Shown: positions 9,358 through 19,666, counted from the stretch's first letter. The stretch is 64,000 bases of DNA from a virus (IMGVR_UViG_3300026097_000008:32001-96000); one strand, 5' to 3'. Numbers and translations: made by a program. The notes: generated by a model from the letters alone, not told the origin.

Positions 9358-11625
9358 TTATAATCCGGCTAATCTTCTTAAATCTTCTGATTCTTTTTTG
9401 TACTTGTCTTTAATGGCGCCTAGTTCTTCTTCGCTCGCACCGTCTCTTCCGGCTTGTGCAAGAGCAGCCATGCCATCTTTACCGTATTTCTTTTTGCCTG
9501 TGTAGTACTGTAGTCCTGATTCTTCAACTTCGTCATCTTGTGATTCACCCATACCTGAATCTTTTCTAGCTTGTGCAAGCATTGGCTTTAGTTTAGCCAA
9601 CTCTGCTTTTACTTGAGGTACTTTAGGATGATTAGGATTATTTCTAATCAGTTCTTCAAAGTCTTTAATTGACTTTGCAATAAATTCGTACGAACCTTTG
9701 ACTCCAGTTGTTATTAAGTTATCAAGGTCATTTTGCTCATACTTTTCGCCTTGCGCTTTAAGTTTAGCTTGAATTTCTGCTTGATCTTCATCTGTTAAGC
9801 CCATTTTGTCATATATAGCAGGACCATATTTTTGTTGTGCCATTCTCAACAGGTTTACCACTCCGTATTTTGCTGTTGCGACATCACCAAAAAACTGAGC
9901 TACTTTTGATCCCCATTCGGTATTTGCAATTGCCATTGAAATAGGGCCACCCGCACCTAACTCTGAGATGGGTTCTTCTTGTAGTTCAGGATCTCTATAT
10001 CCGTTGAATTCTTCAAACTTTGCATTTACAGCTTCAATAAATGACTTAGCAGGATTAATGTACTCTTCGCCGTAATCTTTTTCTACTGCTGTTAGTACTG
10101 CTGTTTCGCCTTTTGGAAACTGTCCTGTTTCACGATCATACATTGACAAAATAAACTCAGTAACTGGAATCTTTTTGCCATCTATTTCTATTTCGTCTTC
10201 GTCGTTGTCACGTGCTTTGTTTAATGCTTTTGAAAATTTATTTCCTTCATCTGTTTTATCACCACAGATGCATGGACTTTCGCCGCAATCTTCACACATG
10301 GATTCCGCAAATTGTCCCATAGTTTCTTCGAATGCACTCTCAAGTTCACTTTCATACTTTTGGAAGCCGCCTGGCGGCAGCCCTCTAGTAGATCCACTTG
10401 GTCCTGATCCCATGAAGTATGGCATTTTAATAATCATACCTGGCTGAATCATTGACGGATCTTCAATGTCTGGGTTTTCATCCATAATAGCTTGTATTGC
10501 CGTATCTCTATCATGATTTTGGAAGTTATCATATTTAAACTTCATATAGATGCTGTACAATGTATCACCTGGTTGTACTTTATATGTTTCTGCAGGTAAT
10601 CCAACTTCGAGATCATCAACAGGAGCTTCGCCTAGTAGATCGCTTGCACCAACAATTTTAGCCTTTGTTGTTTCGCTCACTAGTCTATAAACAAATGGGA
10701 ATACATCTTTAAGTTCTTCATTAAACTGTTTTATAGTAAGTTGATCAATCCAATTTTCGGCGACATCCTCTGGCACATCTTCAAACACCGGCTGTTCAAA
10801 ATTTTCAAATGCTGTGCGATATGTTGATTCTTTCTGTAGGGATGATATTGTTTTTTTGATGTTGTTTAGTCTTTCATTGACAGGAAGCATGTAGCCACTT
10901 AACCCTTCTGCCATTACACTTGAACGATTTACGTACGATTTAAACTTTTTAAGGCTGTTTAGCTCCTCTGAAAGTCCTGTAATATGATTACCAAAATCAT
11001 CAAATGGTTTACCGCCTTCTGCCACATGACGTGCCATTGCTCTTGCACCGTTGAGATGTTTAAAAGGATATTTAAATCTTTCTCCTTCAGGTGATTCGAT
11101 AAAGATAGAACTTATATTTTGAATTCTTCCTGTTGCTGATTCAGTGTTTACTGGTTTACTATGCTTGATTGCTATCCTTGCTTCTCCGACATTTTGATAG
11201 CTGGTCTTGCTAGTACCATACATCTTTGATTCGTTCATTGTATCATCTCCGGTGCGATTTGTGGCTAAAAATTTGTAATCTCTTTGATCTAGATTTGATT
11301 TATTAATATTTCTTGTGTCAAATTTCAGCATACGTTTTTTGCTAAATTGACGTAATTCTTTTAAAAAGTCATACCAGTTTTCTCTAGTAATTATATCTTC
11401 GTTAGCAACAAAATCATTAGAATACATTACTTCTACTGTTTCATTTGATAAACTTATACTAACTTTGCCAAGTTTACGATCGCCCTCTGTGTAATCAAAA
11501 TCGTAAAATCTTGATTCATTGGGTTTGTTTGTCACTTTACCTTCGCCGTCACCGATAGTGATACTAGGAAAGCGACCTCGTATTTTATTAAAAAGTTCTT
11601 CTGCTATTAAATCTAAATTCTTCAT
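9358..11625 (-). CDS. Probable virion (internal head) protein with inserted LysM domain
   Basis: LysM-like TYKVQPGDTLYSI...IMDENPDIEDPSMIQPGMIIKMP (~10419-10587); many x-x-E/S,A,G sites; ends LRRLAGL; follows terminase. Confidence 0.65.
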   Translation of the reverse strand: MKNLDLIAEELFNKIRGRFPSITIGDGEGKVTNKPNESRFYDFDYTEGDRKLGKVSISLSNETVEVMYSNDFVANEDIITRENWYDFLKELRQFSKKRMLKFDTRNINKSNLDQRDYKFLATNRTGDDTMNESKMYGTSKTSYQNVGEARIAIKHSKPVNTESATGRIQNISSIFIESPEGERFKYPFKHLNGARAMARHVAEGGKPFDDFGNHITGLSEELNSLKKFKSYVNRSSVMAEGLSGYMLPVNERLNNIKKTISSLQKESTYRTAFENFEQPVFEDVPEDVAENWIDQLTIKQFNEELKDVFPFVYRLVSETTKAKIVGASDLLGEAPVDDLEVGLPAETYKVQPGDTLYSIYMKFKYDNFQNHDRDTAIQAIMDENPDIEDPSMIQPGMIIKMPYFMGSGPSGSTRGLPPGGFQKYESELESAFEETMGQFAESMCEDCGESPCICGDKTDEGNKFSKALNKARDNDEDEIEIDGKKIPVTEFILSMYDRETGQFPKGETAVLTAVEKDYGEEYINPAKSFIEAVNAKFEEFNGYRDPELQEEPISELGAGGPISMAIANTEWGSKVAQFFGDVATAKYGVVNLLRMAQQKYGPAIYDKMGLTDEDQAEIQAKLKAQGEKYEQNDLDNLITTGVKGSYEFIAKSIKDFEELIRNNPNHPKVPQVKAELAKLKPMLAQARKDSGMGESQDDEVEESGLQYYTGKKKYGKDGMAALAQAGRDGASEEELGAIKDKYKKESEDLRRLAGL

Positions 11626-11632
11626 TGCTTTG

Positions 11633-11640
11633 TATTTATC
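11633..11640 (-). promoter_or_regulatory. Late promoter GATAAATA
   Basis: 7 nt upstream of ATG 11625; overlaps terminase stop. Confidence 0.6.
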
Positions 11641-13219
11641 AATAGTTGGTGCTTATGAAGATCGGCATAGGTGTTTCGTAATCTTCTAAGTCTTCTGCTT
11701 GTGTGAAGGTATTGTAAACTCTTGGATCCCAATCTTTGAGTACATCCATCATTCTTAAGGTTAGCAATGTGGCACTAACCAAATCATCAGTCATGCCAGG
11801 CTTTGCTTGATAACTTGATGCTGTAGCTATAAATCCTTTTAATTCTGAAAGCAATGGTTTAGATTTTACTATCATTTTATCATTTTCTACCATTGTTTTC
11901 AATCGACTACATGCTGTAATCTTGGTGCTATGTGTAGTATTAAAACCTTTACGGAACTTGCGCACATGTCCTTTGCGAATTGGTTCAGACACAAAAAGGC
12001 CTGGTATATTCTCTTCCCCGAAATCGTTTATAACGATTAGTGCTGCTTCTCCGATACCATTGTTTTCTACACTCCAATATATACCGTTAGGATTTTTTGT
12101 TTCTTCCACAAGATATTTACATATATCGGATAGTACCCTAATCTGTCCTGGTATAGCTGTTGTATTGTGTTGCCACTCTGCTACTTGTTCATAAGTAGGC
12201 AATTCAAATACCTGTATAGCCGCATAGTCGCCGCCTGTACCCATACTAGGGTCAAGTGCTACACAATATGTAAACTGGCTTGTAGGTTTTTTATACCAAC
12301 GAGTTTGACCCATATTGAGAATAGGCGATACTCCTTCCATGGATGAAAGTTTAATTGAGTTAATTAGTGTTTCGTCAAATACTAAAAACTCGCAACCGTA
12401 TTCACGACGAAATTTTTCTTCGCCGATACGTCCGATTTCTTCGTCTCTCCATTTTTCGTCTCTGTCAGGATGTTCATCCCAGCTTGCAACAAAACTATGA
12501 AACCCGTTAACGCCGAGCTCTTGTTCATTACCGTGCTCGTCGAACTTTTGCTCGGCCTGCTTCCATATTTGTGCAAATGTATCTTCATCACTGTTAGGTG
12601 TGCTCGTAATAATAGCACGGCCACCTGTTGCTAGTGTAGGTGATATCGAAGTCCAAAATTCTTCAGCAATGTTAGGTTGCACGAATGCAAACTCGTCACA
12701 GTATAGTAGCGAGATTGACATACCACGTCCCGTGTTGCCTGTTGTTGTTTGTGCTACAATACGTGAACCATTTTCAAATTCAATTGACTGTTTATTATAA
12801 CTTGTGACGCCTGCTCTAATATGATCTGGACAAGTTTCGTACACAAAGCGTATGCGTGACATAATCTCCTGCGCACCTGTGTATTTGTGTGCAGCAACCA
12901 GGATAGTTTGATCCGGATTATACATTGCATACCAAGCAAGATAGATACTAGCACAGGTTGTTTTGCCTGTTTGTCTAGGCATCATGTTGATATTAAAACG
13001 ATAGTTGTGATAGCTGTGCATCAAACGTAATTGATACTCATATGGATCGAACAGCAACTTGCCTTTTACAGGGTGTTGAATAAAAGCAAAGTGACGTGCA
13101 AAATGTAAGTAGCCTTCATCAGGATCCATGCATTTAACAATGTCGTCAATCTGCGCTTCAGTAAATGTTTCTTTTTTATTGGCCTTCTTAATTAAGACGC
13201 CGTCTAATGATGCTGCCAT
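11639..13219 (-). CDS. gp17: Terminase large subunit (T4 gp17-like)
   Basis: YEYQ Q-motif, PRQTGKTT Walker A, LLYCDEFAFV Walker B, ITSTPN, nuclease ALDPSMG...DY...DDLV. Confidence 0.95.
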   Translation of the reverse strand: MAASLDGVLIKKANKKETFTEAQIDDIVKCMDPDEGYLHFARHFAFIQHPVKGKLLFDPYEYQLRLMHSYHNYRFNINMMPRQTGKTTCASIYLAWYAMYNPDQTILVAAHKYTGAQEIMSRIRFVYETCPDHIRAGVTSYNKQSIEFENGSRIVAQTTTGNTGRGMSISLLYCDEFAFVQPNIAEEFWTSISPTLATGGRAIITSTPNSDEDTFAQIWKQAEQKFDEHGNEQELGVNGFHSFVASWDEHPDRDEKWRDEEIGRIGEEKFRREYGCEFLVFDETLINSIKLSSMEGVSPILNMGQTRWYKKPTSQFTYCVALDPSMGTGGDYAAIQVFELPTYEQVAEWQHNTTAIPGQIRVLSDICKYLVEETKNPNGIYWSVENNGIGEAALIVINDFGEENIPGLFVSEPIRKGHVRKFRKGFNTTHSTKITACSRLKTMVENDKMIVKSKPLLSELKGFIATASSYQAKPGMTDDLVSATLLTLRMMDVLKDWDPRVYNTFTQAEDLEDYETPMPIFISTNY

Positions 13220-13224
13220 ACTAT

Positions 13225-13232
13225 TATTTAAC
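13225..13232 (-). promoter_or_regulatory. Late promoter GTTAAATA
   Basis: TAAATA core 5 nt upstream of terminase ATG, directly after a terminator. Confidence 0.6.
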
Positions 13233-13233
13233 C

Positions 13234-13260
13234 AAAAAAATAGGGCCCGCAGGCCCTATT
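13234..13260 (-). terminator. Rho-independent terminator
   Basis: AATAGGGCC-TGCG-GGCCCTATT followed by a T run. Confidence 0.85.
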
Positions 13261-13275
13261 GAATTATTTGAAAAA

Positions 13276-15717
13276 TTACTTGTTGTAGCCTTTTTCTTCT
13301 AATGCTTGTAATAGTTGAGATTTAATTGATTCTACAGCCATTGCATTATCACCATCTTGCGCCTTTGCATACGCCTTCTTCTCTCTATTAAGACCGCCAC
13401 TTAGATCTTTAGTCATATGCTTGTGATCTTTGTAGTCTTCTTCAGGAGCATTGTCCCACTCTTCTTCAACATTTTCTTCTGGTGTATCCATCATACGCAT
13501 CATGTTTACCATATCGTCGTGCTTGTCAACTGGACCCACATGCATATCTGCAACAGGAGATGCGTCTTTTGCTCCTGCTAGCTGCATCATACGAACTAGA
13601 TCTTTAACATTTTCTTCACCGCTTGCATTGAGTGTCACACTCATTGTGACTGGATTGCCTTCGTTTTGCGGCATTGGCATTTGGCCGCATTCGTCTAATT
13701 CGCTCATTATACTTTCCTTTAAAGGTTGTCTATCTGTTATGTTGTTGTCCCAACTAAAATCTGCTCTTATTCTACCTTGGCTGTCGGTACGCCCAGGAGT
13801 TTCTGTTCTTTGTTTTCCGTGCTCACTTTGTATCTGTTTCCAAAATCTATTACTATTTGCAATACTATAATTAGTGTCAGATCCACCCATGTATTTTTTG
13901 TTGAAATAACCATAAAAAGCATTATTCAAATCTGCTCTAGCAATTTGGTAATTAGTATTAGTACTTGTAGATTTTCTAGCTAGTTCTCTAATAGCATCCA
14001 TGTAATAATTATTTAACGTGCCGCTTCCGCCAGCTATAGGTGCACCATTTAATAGCATTTGTTCTGCTTTTTTCACAATAGGATGAGTACCTGCTCTCAT
14101 TTGTGCAGCAACTTTTTGAACATCTTGTGTTTTGTTGCCTGTAGAGCGTGTGGTAGTAGTTGTGCTAAACTTTGAATTATATTGCTGCAAAAGTTTTTTT
14201 GATCTAGGATCACTACTACCTTGTAATTTTTTAATTAAACGGTCTAGTTCGGCTCTTTCGTCTTGTGTTAAAGCTTCTGTAAGTGATTCCATTAATTTTA
14301 ACATGTCGAGCATGCTAAAATCTGTGCTTGCTGTTTGTATACCGCGTTCTCTGCCATCGCGCTCTGCATCTGGTTGCCCTGCTTCTTCATCAGCTTTTCT
14401 TAATAATTCTTCTATCCGCGAAATATCTTTATCTGTGACAGGATTTTCTGCTGCTGGTGGATTTGTTTGATCTCCTCTTGGATCAGTTGCATCTGGATCT
14501 GCTGCTGGTGGATTTGTTTGATCTCCTCTTGGATCAGTTGCATCTGGATCTGCTGCTGGTGGATTTGTTTGATCTCCTCTTGGATCAGTTGCATCTGGAT
14601 CTGCTGCTGGTGGATTTGTTTGATCTCCTCTTGGATCAGTTGCATCTGGATCTGCTGCTGGTGGATTTGTTTGATCTCCTCTTGGATCAGTTGCATCTGG
14701 ATCTACACTTCCGGTGCCACTATCTGTACTATCTGCATCATTTTCTGCGTCCGTCTGCGGTGCGTCTCCGCCTCTTGTGCCATCGCCTGCATCGCCTGAC
14801 TGCGTTGCACCTTCTTCGCCGCCTGTTTGCGGAGCAGATCTTGCATTTAATAGCTCTTGCAATTTAGCCATGGTAGTCGGACCAGCCTCGCCGTCTACTG
14901 TTAAGCCGTTTTGTCTTTGGAATTCTTGCACTGCCGCATAAGTTCCACGACCATACTTGCCGTCAACACCGTTTGGATCAAAACCTAGTCTGCTAAGTCC
15001 TGTTTGTAAATCACGCACACTATCCATTGCCTGACGTCCACCGTCATTGTAAGCATCTAATAAACTAGGCGTTTCTGTGTCTAGTCTACCTGCTAGTGAA
15101 TCACCTTGTGGTGCATTATCAGCACTATCAGCATCTAGTTCTGCATCTGTTTGTGGTGCAGGTGTTTCGCCCTTAGTATCAAGTCTTGAAGTTGGAGTAC
15201 CTGAGTCAGCACTATCAGCATCGTTTTCTGCATCAGTTTGTGGTGCTGCTGGTGGATTTGTTTGATCTCCTCTTGGATCAGTTGCATCTGGATCTGCTGC
15301 TGGTGGATTTGTTTGATCTCCTCTTGGATCAGTTGCATCTGGATCTGCTGCTGGTGGATTTGTATCAACTTGTGGCGCTTCGTCAGAAGCTGGTGTTTCT
15401 GGTTGTGCAGGAGCAGTTGTGTTTGGCTGTGCATCTTGCGTAGGTTCAGGCATGTTGGGCGAATCTTGTGAATCCAAAGGCTCATTTTCGTCTGGGTCAG
15501 ATACTGGTTGCGCAGGACTGTCTGTCATTATACCTGCAAGTTCCTCTGGATTGTTTCCAGTAGCATCTACACTTTTTTCAATTTCCTCAGCGTCTTCCTG
15601 ATCCCAACCTAAGTCTTTAGCAATTCTATCGGCTAATTCGCCTTCTTTTAATTCTGCTAATTTTTTTGTTTCTGTGCCAAAGGCATCGGCAATTTTAATA
15701 TAATCTCTAATATCCAT
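13276..15717 (-). CDS. Acidic low-complexity protein with PG_binding_1 domain and 17-aa tandem repeats; probable internal head/ejected protein
   Basis: SVRDLQTGLSRLGFDPNGVDGKYGRGTYAAVQEFQRQNGLTVDGEAGPTT (~14860-15021); DPDATDPRGDQTNPPAA repeats. Confidence 0.7.
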   Translation of the reverse strand: MDIRDYIKIADAFGTETKKLAELKEGELADRIAKDLGWDQEDAEEIEKSVDATGNNPEELAGIMTDSPAQPVSDPDENEPLDSQDSPNMPEPTQDAQPNTTAPAQPETPASDEAPQVDTNPPAADPDATDPRGDQTNPPAADPDATDPRGDQTNPPAAPQTDAENDADSADSGTPTSRLDTKGETPAPQTDAELDADSADNAPQGDSLAGRLDTETPSLLDAYNDGGRQAMDSVRDLQTGLSRLGFDPNGVDGKYGRGTYAAVQEFQRQNGLTVDGEAGPTTMAKLQELLNARSAPQTGGEEGATQSGDAGDGTRGGDAPQTDAENDADSTDSGTGSVDPDATDPRGDQTNPPAADPDATDPRGDQTNPPAADPDATDPRGDQTNPPAADPDATDPRGDQTNPPAADPDATDPRGDQTNPPAAENPVTDKDISRIEELLRKADEEAGQPDAERDGRERGIQTASTDFSMLDMLKLMESLTEALTQDERAELDRLIKKLQGSSDPRSKKLLQQYNSKFSTTTTTRSTGNKTQDVQKVAAQMRAGTHPIVKKAEQMLLNGAPIAGGSGTLNNYYMDAIRELARKSTSTNTNYQIARADLNNAFYGYFNKKYMGGSDTNYSIANSNRFWKQIQSEHGKQRTETPGRTDSQGRIRADFSWDNNITDRQPLKESIMSELDECGQMPMPQNEGNPVTMSVTLNASGEENVKDLVRMMQLAGAKDASPVADMHVGPVDKHDDMVNMMRMMDTPEENVEEEWDNAPEEDYKDHKHMTKDLSGGLNREKKAYAKAQDGDNAMAVESIKSQLLQALEEKGYNK
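14449..14703. repeat. Perfect 51-bp tandem repeat x5 (coding)
   Basis: Unit tgctgctggtggatttgtttgatctcctcttggatcagttgcatctggatc. Confidence 0.95.
15244..15363. repeat. Same 51-bp unit x2 plus partial copy
   Basis: Identical to the 14449-14703 unit. Confidence 0.95.
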
Positions 15718-15718
15718 C

Positions 15719-16276
15719 TCAGCTTCCTATTGGACTCGTTGTATTCTGCTTATCGCCAATATCTTTTGACTCACCTGCAGGTGCGCCTTCCATTGGGTCA
15801 ATTTCGCGCTCTTTGCGAGCTGTTTCTAATTCTTTTAGGAGATCCATAACTCTATTACCGCCGACACTTTCTTGCGCACTTGTTCCGCCCATGTCTTCTG
15901 TAGTAAGCATAGTTTGGTATTCGCCTGCTTCTTCTTGCGACTGTTGTTCTTCAATAGGATCAAACTCACCTCGTACAGTGACATGACTGTGTGGCACTTT
16001 ACAGTTTTGTACTACGTATTGTTCTAGGATATAGCTTGTAGTTGGATACTTAACTTCAATATCGTATGTAGTGACTTCTATATTTTGTAGCTGCGGAAAG
16101 TCTAACGGACGTTCTGTAATTGGTGCTCTTTTACCTGCACCCATATTTACTACTTCAAATTTTTGCATATGTGTTTTAAGATTGTTGTCAAAATCTTCGG
16201 GCAATTCGCCTGCAACACGAACTTTAAATTTGTAAGTCTTTTGACTTTCTTGTAATAATTCTTTAAATGATTTCAT
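15719..16276 (-). CDS. Hypothetical virion morphogenesis protein
   Basis: Start MKSFKELLQES (ATG 16276, purine-rich AGGAAG upstream; GTG 16282 is an alternative); late motif GATAAATA at 16297-16304. Confidence 0.7.
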   Translation of the reverse strand: MKSFKELLQESQKTYKFKVRVAGELPEDFDNNLKTHMQKFEVVNMGAGKRAPITERPLDFPQLQNIEVTTYDIEVKYPTTSYILEQYVVQNCKVPHSHVTVRGEFDPIEEQQSQEEAGEYQTMLTTEDMGGTSAQESVGGNRVMDLLKELETARKEREIDPMEGAPAGESKDIGDKQNTTSPIGS

Positions 16277-16295
16277 GGCCACTTCCTATTATATA

Positions 16296-16787
16296 CTATT
16301 TATCCATGTTCTTAAGTTTTTCTAGCAAACTATTACGGTCGGAAATAACATATCCTTCACCGTTAACGATGTCGCTCCCGTCGGAGGATCCTTCTTTGTC
16401 TAATTTTTCTTTCTTAAGTTGTAGTTCGATTGTTTTTAGTTTTTTGTCCATTTTAGCAACTTTAGCATCGAGACTAGTTTTCAAAAGGCCGCCTGCAACT
16501 TCAAATATTCTACCACTATAACGACTTTCTACGTTCATACCTAGATCCATTAAATCGTCGTATGCTTGTGCAGCCTTATCAGCAATATCATCTAGCTCCG
16601 AGTCTGCTTTATCACCTAAGCCTTTTACACTTGGCAGAGCACTTGCAATTTTATCAAACTCTTGCATCGCGCTAAAAGTTTCTTCTTGCTCAACAATAGC
16701 AGCCTCTGCTTTTTCTTTGTTTTTTTCTTCCTGGATCATTTCTTTTGAATCAGGTAAATTTAATAAATCTTCAAGTTTTTTGGTCAT
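16296..16787 (-). CDS. Putative terminase small subunit (gp16-like)
   Basis: Helical 163-aa protein; DLMDLGMNVESRYSGRIFEVAGGLL resembles the T4-type gp16 core; late motif at 16814-16821. Confidence 0.45.
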   Translation of the reverse strand: MTKKLEDLLNLPDSKEMIQEEKNKEKAEAAIVEQEETFSAMQEFDKIASALPSVKGLGDKADSELDDIADKAAQAYDDLMDLGMNVESRYSGRIFEVAGGLLKTSLDAKVAKMDKKLKTIELQLKKEKLDKEGSSDGSDIVNGEGYVISDRNSLLEKLKNMDK

Positions 16788-16816
16788 AGTAGTGGTCCAT
16801 TATATACTACTATTAT

Positions 16817-17251
16817 TTATCGTTTACCTGTGTGGAATATATCAGTTTCAGTTATAACCCTAAAGAATATACCCTTTTGTTTACACCATGCTCTAGCAGC
16901 TTCCCATTTTGCTTGATTAACTACCCAGTGCGCTTGATTAGCTCTACTGCGGCCGGTTTTTTCTTTTATAGTTTGATTGGCAGGTTTTACTTCAATTAGT
17001 TCTACTCTTTGTTTACCGCCCTTGTCTGCATAAGCAATAAAAAAGTCAGGTACATAAATTGTATATTTTCCTGACAGAGGATTTCGATATGGTATTTTAA
17101 TACTTTCACTAGCCCATTGTGCTACGCTAGGATGTTCATCGCAAAATCTCATAAAAGCAAATTCCCAGCTACTTCTATAAGTAGGACTTTTTGTACCTAT
17201 GTATTTTTCTGGAAATTTACAATTAAACTTTCCTTGCGCAAAACGGCTCAT
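16817..17251 (-). CDS. gp4: Head completion nuclease (T4 gp4-like, TnsA-like PD-(D/E)xK)
   Basis: YRSSWE, WASE, YVPDF, IEVKP, NQAKWEAA, ITE. Confidence 0.9.
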   Translation of the reverse strand: MSRFAQGKFNCKFPEKYIGTKSPTYRSSWEFAFMRFCDEHPSVAQWASESIKIPYRNPLSGKYTIYVPDFFIAYADKGGKQRVELIEVKPANQTIKEKTGRSRANQAHWVVNQAKWEAARAWCKQKGIFFRVITETDIFHTGKR

Positions 17252-17613
17252 ACCACAATATTACGTCTTTCGATTTTTTCAGTAGATCCTTGAATTTTAT
17301 ATCCTAGTACACTTGTTCTTAATCTACTATAGTTGAGTATTTCGGCAACTACTGCACTCAATTGAACTTCATTAAATCCTTTTAAGGTATCAAGAAGTGT
17401 AAAAACTTTTACGCCGTCGATTTTTGCTTGGTTTAATAAACTAGTACTTGTAGCAATAGCTGCTGACTTTTCAAAGCCCCTTTTCTCAAAAAAAGCCACT
17501 ACTGCATCTACTTCATTACTAGGGAAACTTAATTTTTTATTAAAGTAGTTGTCAAAAACTTCTGTGACCTTTCTATCACTAGTTCTTTCTTGGGCAGGCA
17601 AACTGTTTGTCAT
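17248..17613 (-). CDS. Hypothetical protein
   Basis: 121-aa ORF translationally coupled to both neighbours. Confidence 0.7.
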   Translation of the reverse strand: MTNSLPAQERTSDRKVTEVFDNYFNKKLSFPSNEVDAVVAFFEKRGFEKSAAIATSTSLLNQAKIDGVKVFTLLDTLKGFNEVQLSAVVAEILNYSRLRTSVLGYKIQGSTEKIERRNIVV

Positions 17614-18914
17614 TAATTTACTCCTAAAGCTCTGTTTCTATAAATCTGTTGCGCACTAGAAGAAAGATTGCTCCATGCAGCATTTCTCTCATTTATACCG
17701 CCTGCATTGCCGTTATTCTGATAATCTTTTCCAAAAGCGTCTCTAGCTGCACTTTCTAAAGCAGCAGGATTATTACGCAACTCCTGTCTTTCTCTATAAT
17801 TATTTACAGCTTGCACGGCTACAGCGGCACCGGCTGTGGCTAATAATAATTTACCCTGACCGCCATCGCCGCTATTTTTTGGAAATAGCGTCTGCGCTAC
17901 ACCGCTTACATTGGCTCCTGCTACATTACCAATAGCTCTAGTTAAAATATTTAAACCACCTTGACGAAGTCCTTCAGAACTTAAATTCCTTACATTTCCA
18001 ATAAGATTAGCTGCGGCAAGTGCTGCTTCTAACGGATTGTCAAATGTATCTCCGCCTGCTATGAAGTCATATAAGTCTAGTGCACCTTCTATAATGCTTC
18101 CTATATTTTCTGTACCACCGCCAACTAAGCTTAATGGACTAGGAGTTTGATCGTAATGGTCTTGGCCAAATCCTTTAGGTTCACCTTGTGCTCCTGTTTC
18201 AATTTGTCCTGCATCATAAAACACTGCTTCGTAAGCAATAGTCATTTGATTCTCTGTTGTTCCTGCGCCGTCACTATTGTCTAGTCTATCGTGACCCCAG
18301 TTAGTGACAATAGGATTTACTAAGGTATAAGTGACATATGATCCTCTAGACAATTGACTTATTTGTATACTGTTAAAAAATGGTAAGCCAGGATTATTAT
18401 TATCTAAGCCAAACTTATATTTGTTTCTAGTAGAACCTTCATATGTACTATCAGGAGTACGAGAATATGCTCGTCCGTTATCTCTTATTTGATTGCCGTC
18501 AGCATAGTGATATCTATAATATGCTTGCATTAAGGCTGTAGTCAAACTTGAGTTGTCGTCATGGAATGATATAGTGATAGGGTCGTAGGTGATTGCAGTT
18601 TGTACATTTTTGACCCTATTATACATTTTTTTAGTTTCTATTTGGGCTTGATATTTGGGTAAATCTGCACTTTTAACAAGCATGCCCATTTCATTTATAA
18701 TTTTTGCACCGTCTACTGTCATTTTAGGAATTAGACTTGCAGCAGTGCCATTTATATCAAAGAATACATGATATAAAAATCTAGTTTTAGGTGCTAGTGC
18801 GTGATTATTATCAGTATATAATCTTGCGGCGTGAGCAAAGTCTCCTAAATTGCCTTTAGGATTTAGGGCGCCGCCCGCTACACTATCAAAGAAACCATTA
18901 TACTTATTTGCCAT
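17613..18914 (-). CDS. Tail tube-like (gp19/gp54 family) paralogue with C-terminal extension
   Basis: LVKSADLPK...YNR...YDPITISFHDD...YTLVNP...MTIAYE; next to the tail tube gene; late motif at 18920-18927. Confidence 0.65.
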   Translation of the reverse strand: MANKYNGFFDSVAGGALNPKGNLGDFAHAARLYTDNNHALAPKTRFLYHVFFDINGTAASLIPKMTVDGAKIINEMGMLVKSADLPKYQAQIETKKMYNRVKNVQTAITYDPITISFHDDNSSLTTALMQAYYRYHYADGNQIRDNGRAYSRTPDSTYEGSTRNKYKFGLDNNNPGLPFFNSIQISQLSRGSYVTYTLVNPIVTNWGHDRLDNSDGAGTTENQMTIAYEAVFYDAGQIETGAQGEPKGFGQDHYDQTPSPLSLVGGGTENIGSIIEGALDLYDFIAGGDTFDNPLEAALAAANLIGNVRNLSSEGLRQGGLNILTRAIGNVAGANVSGVAQTLFPKNSGDGGQGKLLLATAGAAVAVQAVNNYRERQELRNNPAALESAARDAFGKDYQNNGNAGGINERNAAWSNLSSSAQQIYRNRALGVN

Positions 18915-18952
18915 ACAAATATTTATCTTATATAATTATATGCATACATAAT

Positions 18953-18976
18953 AAAAAAGGGAGCATAAGCTCCCTT
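18953..18976 (-). terminator. Rho-independent terminator after tail tube gene
   Basis: AAGGGAGC-TTAT-GCTCCCTT followed by TTTT. Confidence 0.85.
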
Positions 18977-19003
18977 AATTACGCAGACTAAATGTTCTAG
19001 TTA

Positions 19004-19633
19004 TTATGCGCCGCCGCCTGTCACTAGAGTATTTGTGGTACGTCCAATTGCTGTACCAATACCAGTGCCTTGCGGCGATTGGATAGCATTGTCATATCTA
19101 ATATTTAATGTGACGCTGACTGGATCAGTTGAGTTTGAATAACTTAACTGGTTGTAGTTTGCACTCTCACAATAGCAACCGTAAAGTTCAAAAGTTTCCA
19201 GCACAGTTGGCGTGTTTGCGCCGTTTCCGCCGTCTAAGATTTCAATGCGTGTTGTAAACTTATAGTCTAAACCAGATGCTGCACTCGATTGCTCGTAGAA
19301 GTCAAACTGCTTCTGCAATTGTTCGCCTACTAGTTTTTGAACATTGTTGTTTACATCTTCACGTAAGTTAAGTGAAATCGGTTCCCATGTATGCTTGCCT
19401 GCTAGATATACACGAGAGTTGTAAACATCAATTGTCATTTGTTCAAAACTTACGTTTGGACGAGTCACATCAATAACTTGTTTTGTAAGTTCTGTAGTTG
19501 GCGTGCTTACACCAAAGTTTTCCAGCGTCACTCTAAAGCGATACTGTAGCTTTGGCATTAGCAAGCCCTGATTGCTAGCGGAATCACCGCTAGCAAGTGG
19601 TACTGTAATTTTTGATAGTGTTGAAATAGCCAT
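19004..19633 (-). CDS. gp19: Tail tube protein (T4 gp19-like)
   Basis: PKLQYRFRV, YLAGKHTWEPISLNLRED, ETFELYGCY, TLNIRYD; follows sheath; SD AGGAG and TATAAATA at 19657-19664. Confidence 0.85.
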   Translation of the reverse strand: MAISTLSKITVPLASGDSASNQGLLMPKLQYRFRVTLENFGVSTPTTELTKQVIDVTRPNVSFEQMTIDVYNSRVYLAGKHTWEPISLNLREDVNNNVQKLVGEQLQKQFDFYEQSSAASGLDYKFTTRIEILDGGNGANTPTVLETFELYGCYCESANYNQLSYSNSTDPVSVTLNIRYDNAIQSPQGTGIGTAIGRTTNTLVTGGGA

Positions 19634-19666
19634 TTAATCTGCTCCTAATCTATATGTATTTATAAC

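Noticed and set aside
11639-13219. Intron or intein in terminase (also checked uvsX)
   Set aside because: Motifs are contiguous and lengths are normal
14449-15363. 51-bp repeats as a CRISPR array
   Set aside because: No spacers, unit length is a multiple of 3 and in frame within a CDS, and there are no cas genes
14412-15485. Alternative-frame repeat ORFs (MQLIQEEIKQ..., MDLFDLLLDQ..., MISSWISCIW...)
   Set aside because: By-products of a stop-free tandem repeat; no SD or promoter
16817-17251. TnsA-like transposase of a Tn7 element
   Set aside because: Motifs and context match T4 gp4 head-completion nuclease; no tnsB/C or transposon ends
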